51,091 bases of DNA from Candidatus Moranbacteria bacterium RIFCSPHIGHO2_01_FULL_55_24 (GTDB lineage: Bacteria; Patescibacteriota; Minisyncoccia; Moranbacterales; UBA1568). The position numbers and the translations under genes are program-made. The stretch spans positions 1 through 51,091 of the forward strand of contig MFRW01000010.1 of NCBI GenBank assembly GCA_001786575.1, given 5' to 3'. Numbering within the stretch: the first letter of the stretch is position 1; the number at the start of each line of letters is the position of its first letter. Positions 1 to 6,084 of the stretch are shown piece by piece. The notes beneath the pieces are model-generated. The model did no database searches. It was not told where the DNA came from and saw only the letters and a list, made by a program, of their open reading frames with translations.

Positions 1-491
1 GTCAGCTCGTGTCGTAAGATGTTCCGTTCAGTCGGGAAACGAGCGCAACCCCTGTGAAGTGTTATATATGTCACTTCAGACTGCCCTCTCATTTGTTCAG
101 AAGCGAAAGCTTGTGAATAGGTGAGAGGGAGGAAGGCGGGGATGACGTCAAATCAGCATGGCCCTTTGACACCTTGGGCGACACACGTGCTACAATGGCC
201 GATTAATAAAGGGTAGCCAACCCGCGAGGGGGAGCCAATCCCAAAAACTCGGTCCCAGTTCGGATTGAAGGCTGCAACTCGCCTTCATGAAGTTGGAATC
301 ACTAGTAATCGTTGATCAGCCACGCAACGGTGAATGCGTTCTCGGATCTTGTACTCACCGCCCGTCACACCAAGAGAGCTGGCAATACCAGAAGGCCCCG
401 GGTCAAATCGGGGACGACGGTAGGGTCAGTAATAAGGGTGAAGTCGTAACAAGGCATCCGTAGCGGAAGCTGTGGATGAATCACCTCCTTT
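1..491 (+). rRNA. rrs: 16S rRNA, 3' partial (window starts inside the gene)
   Basis: Universal 16S blocks read directly: GTCAGCTCGTGTCGT, AACGAGCGCAACCC, GGAAGGCGGGGATGACGTCAA, ACACACGTGCTACAATGG, CCGCCCGTCACACC, AAGTCGTAACAAGG. The anti-SD tail ATCACCTCCTTTCT ends near 491. Confidence 0.95.
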
Positions 492-724
492 CTAGGGAGT
501 ATCGGTGTACGAATTTTGATCTATGATCAGAATCACAACCAGAAGGTCGCAACTCTGTTCCATATCTGTTCTAGCTTCGGCGAAAGCAGATTTACAGAGT
601 CCAACCAACGAATGATCTCCGTTCAAACAAAGGACTAACCGCAAAAGATCCCGATTATATCTGGATTTTACACACAGAACCGAAAGTCAAAGGAATTTCT
701 TTTGGTCCTGCTGTAGGTCATAAA

Positions 725-754
725 AGCCCATCGCAAGACGGGCTTTTATGTTTT
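725..754. terminator. bidirectional intrinsic terminator
   Basis: Hairpin AGCCC..GGGCT with a GCAA-type loop. It is preceded by an A run and followed by TTTTATGTTTT. It lies between the 16S spacer and the convergent minus-strand CDS. Confidence 0.6.
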
Positions 755-780
755 CAGATGTAAATACGTTGTTTCCTTTT

Positions 781-1269
781 TTACTCTTCTTCTTTTTCTT
801 CTATTATCTTGGGGAATTGGATGCGTTCCAGTTCGGCTTTCCGGGAGTCTTTTATGAAGCGGAACCAGGTAGCCTGTTCCGGAACGATCTTTATGAGTAC
901 GATCTCCGATCCTTCTTGGCGCATGACCGGCGGCAAGTAAGACTCGTTCCAGGACCTCTTGATGAGGATCTCCTTTATCTCCATCTTTTTAGCTACGCTA
1001 TCGATGATTTCCGCGCGGCCGTCGACATGGACGCTCGTCGGCAGGACTTTCTCCTCGAAGGTGGTCAGGCTGATGCTCTTGTTTATCTTGATATTCTTGC
1101 ATTTCTGGCTGTCCAGACGGGTGAGGAAGAAGATGTTCATATCATCATCCACGTGGAAGGAGATGGCGGCGGAGTGAGCGAAGTTGGCCGGGGTGACGGT
1201 ACAGACGACTCCGGTCGTGTTGTTTCTCAAGAAATTGAGGATATCTGACTTCACCTGTGCATGTTCCAT
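781..1269 (-). CDS. pyridoxamine 5'-phosphate oxidase-like FMN-binding split-barrel protein
   Basis: 162-aa ORF. Overall pattern (NFLRNNTTGVVCTV ... FFLTRLDSQKCKNI ... VHVDGRAEII) resembles the PNPOx/general stress protein 26 family. Assigned by recall, not by search. Confidence 0.55.
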   Translation of the reverse strand: MEHAQVKSDILNFLRNNTTGVVCTVTPANFAHSAAISFHVDDDMNIFFLTRLDSQKCKNIKINKSISLTTFEEKVLPTSVHVDGRAEIIDSVAKKMEIKEILIKRSWNESYLPPVMRQEGSEIVLIKIVPEQATWFRFIKDSRKAELERIQFPKIIEEKEEE

Positions 1270-1396
1270 AATTTTTTATGTTAACGGATTATTTCTATTA
1301 TACACCTGTTTTCGGAGTGCCTGTCTGGAGGTTTCGGCGAGCCCCGAAGCTCTCCAAGCTGGGTGCAGGCAGAAGTCTGTTTTTTTGTGCCTGGTT

Positions 1397-1405
1397 TGGT
1401 ATAAT
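1397..1405 (+). promoter_or_regulatory. extended -10 promoter element (TGgTATAAT)
   Basis: TGGTATAAT ends 6 nt before the dsbB ATG at 1412, which implies a leaderless or near-leaderless mRNA. Confidence 0.45.
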
Positions 1406-1411
1406 CAGCAT

Positions 1412-1924
1412 ATGTCTTGGATTATGCAGCTTCTGAAAACTTTTTCCCCGAAACGGGCTTTTTTGCTGGTCGTAGGCGCTTGTGCCGGCCTTTTGGTGTT
1501 CGCCTATATCCTCGAGTTTTTCGTCGATCTGGTGCCTTGTCCGCTCTGTATCGTGCAGAGATGCTTCTATCTGGCTATCGGCGTCACAGCCCTGGTAGCG
1601 GCTTTCGGATGGATCAGACAGCTTTCTGTGCGCCTGGCCGGGGGCATTATCACCGCCCTCGCGCTTCTCGGCGGAGGGATAGCGATGCGCCAGGTATGGA
1701 TGCAGCACTTCCCGCAGGTGACGGATCCGACCCGTTGCGGCGTTTCCTTCGGCTCTTTCTTCGATTCGGTCATCCTGGCGCTCGGCGGGGCAGGCAACTG
1801 CGGGATCGTCGACTGGACCTTTCTTACGCTCTCTATCGCCGAGTGGTCGGCTCTCTGCTTCCTCGGCTTCGCGGTCGCCGGACTGTGGTTCGTCTGGCGC
1901 GGCTCGCAGGAACCCTCGCTCTAA
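1412..1924 (+). CDS. dsbB: disulfide bond formation protein B
   Basis: 170 aa from the internal ATG. Four TM-like segments, a CPLCIVQR motif in TM1 and a second Cys pair (C..GNC) in the periplasmic loop. Confidence 0.8.
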   Translation: MSWIMQLLKTFSPKRAFLLVVGACAGLLVFAYILEFFVDLVPCPLCIVQRCFYLAIGVTALVAAFGWIRQLSVRLAGGIITALALLGGGIAMRQVWMQHFPQVTDPTRCGVSFGSFFDSVILALGGAGNCGIVDWTFLTLSIAEWSALCFLGFAVAGLWFVWRGSQEPSL

Positions 1925-2009
1925 ATCCGGAAAAGAGCTGTTTCTCGGATACGAGGAAAAGTCTTGATTCTTTTACAAAAAAATGGCATAATAGCGGGAA
2001 GACTGATTT

Positions 2010-2537
2010 ATGGCCTATCTCAATACACCCAAAGTCATCTACCCTCTCGCGGAATACCGCGTCAACAGCTTACCCTTCGGTAAGCGCTCTGTTTACGAGG
2101 GAGTCCTCTGGGGCATCCATCTGGGGGAAGATGTGAAGGTGCCTGCCGGGACCGACGTGCGCGCTATCGGGCGCGGACGGGTCGTCTACAGCGCTCTCCA
2201 TGCCGGGGATGCCGAAAAGGGCAATTGGGGCCATATCATCATCATCCGTCACCGTCATCCCGTACGCCGCCAGGTGTTCTATTCGCTCTATGCTCACCTG
2301 GGATCAAGTTACAAGCGCATCGGGGACAAGGTAGAGCTCGGCGAGCCGCTCGGGTTCGTAGGGGAGAGCTTTACCGCCGAAAACGGCTGGTGGGAAGCGC
2401 ACCTCCACTTCGCCATCTACACCGGACCCTGGCAGGACCAGGTGCTCCCGGGATACTGGAAAGACGGTGATACGCGCACCCGGCCGGAATGGTGGCAGGT
2501 CCCGAGCGAGTTCATCGCCAGATACGCCCAGGCATAA
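2010..2537 (+). CDS. M23 family metallopeptidase
   Basis: LytM-type motifs HLGEDV (HxxxD) and AHLHF (HxH), with the GxxLG core (VELGEPLGFVG). Confidence 0.8.
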   Translation: MAYLNTPKVIYPLAEYRVNSLPFGKRSVYEGVLWGIHLGEDVKVPAGTDVRAIGRGRVVYSALHAGDAEKGNWGHIIIIRHRHPVRRQVFYSLYAHLGSSYKRIGDKVELGEPLGFVGESFTAENGWWEAHLHFAIYTGPWQDQVLPGYWKDGDTRTRPEWWQVPSEFIARYAQA

Positions 2538-2552
2538 AAGGGTCGCTGACCC

Positions 2553-3233
2553 TTGACAAAAGCCCGAAAAAAAGCCATTATCGGGGCAGTCAAAACTCTC
2601 ACAGGAGAGGAAGAAATGATAGTTCTTTCACAGGCATACTTCCGGGCATTTGTGATCGGGCTCATAGCCGCGCTCGCAGAATTCTTCGGAAGCTATATTT
2701 CCGGAAGCATTTCCCTCCTGGGCGATGCGTTCCATATCGGTTTCGATACGGTAGGATACCTGATCGGCTGGTTCTCCATAGCGTTGATGCTCCGGGTACC
2801 GGGGAGGCGCTTCCAGGCTCTCATGGGGATTTTCCTCGTCTTGGCGAGCGCCAATATCCTCTATCAGGCGGTCGAGCGCTTCCAGACCGGCGGAGCAGTC
2901 ATCACGAACACGCTCTGGTTCTTCGTGATAGGCATCTTCGGGCTGGCGGCAAACGCTGTGACCCTCCTGATCCTGCGTGTTCCACACAACCACGGACACC
3001 TGCAGCATGAGCATGAGGAGCACGGCGCGCATGCGCACTCGCACGATGCGATCTTGAGTGCCAATATCCTCCATACCGTGAGCGATTTCGCCTGTTCCGT
3101 TCTGGTGGTCCTGACCGCGCTTTCCCATCTGGTTTTTCCGGAAACGCGCTTCCTGGCCCTGGTGGACCCGGCCGTATCGCTCGTTATCGCTTCGTTCCTT
3201 CTGATCCAGGCATATCGCCTGCTCACTACTTAA
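2553..3233 (+). CDS. cation diffusion facilitator family transporter (short form)
   Basis: TM-rich ORF with a CDF-like LLGDAFH.GFD motif and the His-rich loop HNHGHLQHEHEEHGAHAHSHD. The start could instead be the ATG at 2616. Confidence 0.7.
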   Translation: MTKARKKAIIGAVKTLTGEEEMIVLSQAYFRAFVIGLIAALAEFFGSYISGSISLLGDAFHIGFDTVGYLIGWFSIALMLRVPGRRFQALMGIFLVLASANILYQAVERFQTGGAVITNTLWFFVIGIFGLAANAVTLLILRVPHNHGHLQHEHEEHGAHAHSHDAILSANILHTVSDFACSVLVVLTALSHLVFPETRFLALVDPAVSLVIASFLLIQAYRLLTT

Positions 3234-3270
3234 GCCCTTCCAAAGCACATGCTTCGGAAGGGCTTTTCTT
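3234..3270 (+). terminator. intrinsic terminator after the CDF gene
   Basis: GCCCTTCC ... GGAAGGGC stem followed by TTTT. Confidence 0.7.
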
Positions 3271-3315
3271 TATCTCGCAAAACAAAAACAGGCCGATTCC
3301 TCAACCTGTTTTTTC

Positions 3316-3340
3316 TGGTGTCCCGAGAGGGAATCTTGAT
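3316..3340 (-). pseudogene. tRNA 3'-end fragment with encoded CCA
   Basis: Minus strand reads GATTCCCTC TCGGGAC A CCA (T-arm 3' strand, acceptor 3' strand, discriminator, CCA). There is no matching 5' half. It lies directly downstream of tRNA-Arg(TCG). Confidence 0.55.
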
Positions 3341-3345
3341 TTCTG

Positions 3346-3417
3346 TGCCCTCGGAGAGAATCGAACTCCCATTGTCGGTTCCGAAGACCGAAGCTTTATC
3401 CATTAAGCTACGAGGGC
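3346..3417 (-). tRNA. tRNA-Arg (anticodon TCG)
   Basis: Hand-folded cloverleaf: acceptor GCCCTCG/CGAGGGC, D arm GCTT/AAGC, anticodon arm TCGGT-CTTCGGA-ACCGA, T arm GGGAG-TTCGATT-CTCTC. No encoded CCA. Confidence 0.9.
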
Positions 3418-3561
3418 AAGCGTTGAGTCCCGCCCGCACCGCATTCGCGGAGCGATTCGGGCGGGTATCGGGACGAAAAGGCTCCTTCCACCGTATCGTA
3501 TTCCAGGGGGAGCGTCAATCTGGTGTATACTGGAGAAGTATTAACCCTAAATTATTGCCCT

Positions 3562-4323
3562 ATGTCAGAAAGCCTTACCAAGCAAGTGAAGGCGGGTGCG
3601 TTCCTGCTTCTCGCTTTCGCGGCGCTCGCGTATACCTATCAGTACGGCCGTTCCGTGAACCAGGCCTTCCCGAACCGCACGTTCACCGTCGACGGTGAAG
3701 CGGATGTCGAAACGCCGCATGACGTGGCTTCCTTCACCGCGACGGTGGTGACTGAAGGCGGCAAGGAAGTGGCTACGCTCCAGGCCCAGAACACCGAAAA
3801 GATGAATGCCTTAAACGCTTTCCTGAAGGAGCAGGGGATCAGCGGCAAAGATCTCCAAACCAAGAACTACTCGCTCACCCCTCGTTACCAATACTCGAAC
3901 TGTCTCCCTGGGACGACCTGTCCGCCTCCGGCTATCAGCGGGTACACCATCACGCAGTCTCTGGAAGTGCGGGTGCGGAACATGGACATCCTCGGAGCGC
4001 TCCTTGCTGGCGTAGTCGAGAAGGGAGCGAATACCGTTTCCGGCGTATCTTTCGTGACCGATGACGATGAGGATGCCAGAAACGATGCCCGCGAAGAGGC
4101 ATTCAAAGAGGCACGCAAGAAAGCTCAATCCATCGCCAAGGCCGGCGGGTTCCGCCTCGGCAAGCTCGTGTCGTTCTATGAGGACAACGGCTTGATACCA
4201 GCCGATATGAACTATGGCATGGGCGGTTCCGAGCTCTCCGTCAAAAGCGCAGCTCCGGTCATCGAGCCGGGGACAGAGAAAGGGAAACTCAAGGTCGTGC
4301 TGACCTACGAGATCAAGAATTGA
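3562..4323 (+). CDS. SIMPL/DUF541 domain protein (periplasmic/immunogenic protein family)
   Basis: N-terminal TM/signal segment. Family-like blocks: SFTATVVTEG, GYTITQSLEVRV, AREEAFKEARKKAQSIA, KLKVVLTYEI. Confidence 0.75.
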   Translation: MSESLTKQVKAGAFLLLAFAALAYTYQYGRSVNQAFPNRTFTVDGEADVETPHDVASFTATVVTEGGKEVATLQAQNTEKMNALNAFLKEQGISGKDLQTKNYSLTPRYQYSNCLPGTTCPPPAISGYTITQSLEVRVRNMDILGALLAGVVEKGANTVSGVSFVTDDDEDARNDAREEAFKEARKKAQSIAKAGGFRLGKLVSFYEDNGLIPADMNYGMGGSELSVKSAAPVIEPGTEKGKLKVVLTYEIKN

Positions 4324-4346
4324 TTCCCGGAGTCTTCCAAGCCGAA

Positions 4347-4376
4347 GAAAAACCTCTCCCTAAGGAGAGGTTTTTA
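4347..4376. terminator. bidirectional intrinsic terminator
   Basis: AAACCTCTCC-CTAA-GGAGAGGTTT flanked by A and T runs, between convergent genes. Confidence 0.75.
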
Positions 4377-4396
4377 ATCTGTCTGACCCGAAGAGA

Positions 4397-4822
4397 CTAC
4401 ACCGTAGCGGTCTCGGCTCTGTGGGCGCGGCAGGCTGCGCAGGGGCAGCCAGCGAAGATGAAGAGTCCGCCGATGATAGCGACGTTCTTCAGGAGCTGTG
4501 TGACCTGCATCTGGGCGTCCGCACCGCTCCAATCGGTGTGGAACATGAGGGTCGCGAGGACCGTAAACACTATGAGCATCCATGCGGCGATGCTCGGACG
4601 GATATTCAAGAGAAGCATCAGTCCGCCTCCGAGCTTGAGTACGATGGCGACGACGGTCGCAAGCGTTGCGATCCCGGCGAGTCCCCATGGGGTGAGTCCC
4701 ATAGTTACGTACTGGACCGTGCCAGCGAAATTCATGAGAAAACCGGCTCCGCCTACGATGAAGAGGAGCGACAAGAGGATGCGCGGGAGATGCCGCGAGC
4801 CCCAACAAACGCCGTGTGACAT
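4397..4822 (-). CDS. DoxX family membrane protein
   Basis: 141 aa from the ATG at 4822. Four hydrophobic segments with DoxX-like layout (LLFIVGGAGFLMNF ... LKNVAIIGGLFIF). Confidence 0.65.
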   Translation of the reverse strand: MSHGVCWGSRHLPRILLSLLFIVGGAGFLMNFAGTVQYVTMGLTPWGLAGIATLATVVAIVLKLGGGLMLLLNIRPSIAAWMLIVFTVLATLMFHTDWSGADAQMQVTQLLKNVAIIGGLFIFAGCPCAACRAHRAETATV

Positions 4823-4913
4823 AGTGTTCACGTTAAGAATTAAGCGTCTACACATAGTATAGGATTTTCTTTGCCGGAAGAGAAGCGAGTGTCAAGGAGA
4901 CGAGAAGCAGCTC

Positions 4914-4942
4914 TTGACAAATGGCTATAAATTTACTATAGT
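4914..4942 (+). promoter_or_regulatory. sigma70-type promoter TTGACA-N17-TATAGT
   Basis: Exact -35 consensus, 17-nt spacer, 5/6 match at -10. Located upstream of the orphan ORF at 5019. Confidence 0.7.
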
Positions 4943-5018
4943 TTCCTGTTTTGAGAATGCGCTCTTTGTGGTACATTTTCAGACAGCAGTTCTTTTCAGA
5001 GAGAAAGCAGGAGGGTAA

Positions 5019-5438
5019 ATGATGTACGCAGAACGCCTCGGTTTGGACCATGATTTCGCTTTTTCCGTCCACGGCGAAGCGGAACTCGACGTTCCGAGCC
5101 GCATGGTGATCTTCTTGTTCGTGCAGAACTACGAACTGACGAATGAGGAGTTCGGGTATTGTTTTGATTTTCCCGGCGCCGGATTGTGTCAGCCGAACTT
5201 CTTCACGATGGCGGACGTGCTCCGTCTCTTCTGGCAGCGGCGCGAGAAGCTCCCCATCAAAGACAGAAAAATGAATTTCCTGGCGTGCAGCGAGGATGAG
5301 AAAGTCTTCCTTGAGAGCTTCCTCCGCTGGGCATCGGAAATCCAGGAATGGGTGTTCGCTGGCTGCAGGGGACGCAAGAGCGTAGATTTCTTCAAAGCAG
5401 GCACTCCGTTTCTGGCCTGCTATGCGCTTCCCTCTTAG
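5019..5438 (+). CDS. hypothetical protein (orphan, 139 aa)
   Basis: Own promoter, SD GGAGGG 6 nt upstream of the ATG, and a terminator at 5457-5497. No family recognised. Confidence 0.7.
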   Translation: MMYAERLGLDHDFAFSVHGEAELDVPSRMVIFLFVQNYELTNEEFGYCFDFPGAGLCQPNFFTMADVLRLFWQRREKLPIKDRKMNFLACSEDEKVFLESFLRWASEIQEWVFAGCRGRKSVDFFKAGTPFLACYALPS

Positions 5439-5456
5439 CAGCTAATACGCTGCGAA

Positions 5457-5497
5457 CAAAAAGGCTCGGTGCGGATCGCATCGAGCCTTTTTCTTTT
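5457..5497. terminator. bidirectional intrinsic terminator
   Basis: AAGGCTCG ... CGAGCCTT stem flanked by A and T runs. It closes both the orphan ORF and the minus-strand tRNA operon. Confidence 0.75.
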
Positions 5498-5519
5498 TAT
5501 AAAAAATAAAAACACCCAA

Positions 5520-5552
5520 TAGGGTGACTAGATCGAACTCTCATTCAGGGTC
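5520..5552 (-). pseudogene. degenerate tRNA-His 3'-half copy
   Basis: Minus strand reads GACCCTGAATGAGAGTTCGAT..CTAGTCACCC. The true tRNA-His reads TACCATGAATGAGGGTTCGATTCCCTCTAGTCACC. The T arm is broken. Confidence 0.6.
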
Positions 5553-5573
5553 TTCTTAAGAAATGCTCAAAGG

Positions 5574-5645
5574 GGTGACTAGAGGGAATCGAACCCTCAT
5601 TCATGGTACCACAAACCATTGTCCTGCCATTGAACGATAGTCACC
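5574..5645 (-). tRNA. tRNA-His (anticodon GTG) with encoded G-1
   Basis: G-1 plus acceptor GTGACTA/TAGTCAC, anticodon arm ATGGT-TTGTGGT-ACCAT, T arm GAGGG-TTCGATT-CCCTC, discriminator C. Confidence 0.9.
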
Positions 5646-5660
5646 CCTCTATTCACTTCT

Positions 5661-5712
5661 TAATGATCACAATCCGCCAGCTGGCGGACCTACCATGAAA
5701 CGATAGTCACCA
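5661..5712 (-). pseudogene. degenerate tRNA-His 5'-half copy carrying a 16-nt palindrome
   Basis: Minus strand reads GGTGACTATCGTTTCATGGTAGG + TCCGCCAGCTGGCGGA + TTGTGATCAT. It matches tRNA-His positions -1 to about 23 and the anticodon loop. There is no T arm or 3' acceptor strand. Confidence 0.7.
5673..5688. repeat. 16-nt perfect palindrome TCCGCCAGCTGGCGGA
   Basis: Copy 1 of 3 of a near-identical GC palindrome. All three copies lie inside pseudo-tRNA 5' halves. Confidence 0.9.
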
Positions 5713-5730
5713 CACCGGGTGCTTTTCAAG

Positions 5731-5803
5731 TGCTCCGGGTTGGAATCGAACCAACGACCAATAGCTTAGAAGGCTACTGCTCTATCCACTGAGCTACCGG
5801 AGC
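5731..5803 (-). tRNA. tRNA-Arg (anticodon TCT)
   Basis: Acceptor GCTCCGG/CCGGAGC, anticodon arm GTAGC-CTTCTAA-GCTAT, T arm GTTGG-TTCGATT-CCAAC. Confidence 0.9.
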
Positions 5804-5849
5804 ATGCGGTAATCCCGGAACCTTTTTCGTGCGAATATTTCTAAACCGG

Positions 5850-5922
5850 TGGGTGTAGTAGGGCTCGAACCTACGACCGTTAGCTTAAGAGGCTACTGCT
5901 CTACCAACTGAGCTATACACCC
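5850..5922 (-). tRNA. tRNA-Lys (anticodon CTT)
   Basis: Acceptor GGGTGTA/TACACCC, D arm GCTC/GAGC, anticodon loop CTCTTAA, T arm GTAGG-TTCGAGC-CCTAC. Confidence 0.9.
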
Positions 5923-5934
5923 GAATACTTTTTA

Positions 5935-6007
5935 GCCGCATCCTTGTCTACGACCGTTTGCTTGAGAGTCCGCCAGCCGGCGGATCTACCAACCGAAGCT
6001 TACACCC
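5935..6007 (-). pseudogene. degenerate tRNA-Lys copy carrying the 16-nt palindrome
   Basis: Minus strand reads GGGTGTAAGCTTCGGTTGGTAGA + TCCGCCGGCTGGCGGA + CTCTCAAGCAAACGGTCGTAGACAAGG. It is colinear with tRNA-Lys. The palindrome replaces the anticodon-stem 5' strand. The T arm and acceptor 3' strand are lost. Confidence 0.7.
5969..5984. repeat. 16-nt palindrome TCCGCCAGCCGGCGGA
   Basis: Copy 2 of 3. Confidence 0.9.
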
Positions 6008-6046
6008 AAATAAAAAACGCTTCTAAAACGGATAAAGCGTACCGCG

Positions 6047-6075
6047 ATAGTACCAAGAAAATGCCAGCAAGTCAA
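6047..6075 (-). promoter_or_regulatory. sigma70-type promoter TTGACT-N17-TACTAT for the tRNA operon
   Basis: Read on the minus strand upstream of pseudo-Lys, tRNA-Lys, tRNA-Arg and tRNA-His. It is followed by the hairpin ACGCTT..AAGCGT plus a T run at about 6012-6040. Confidence 0.6.
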
Positions 6076-6084
6076 GATTTCGGG

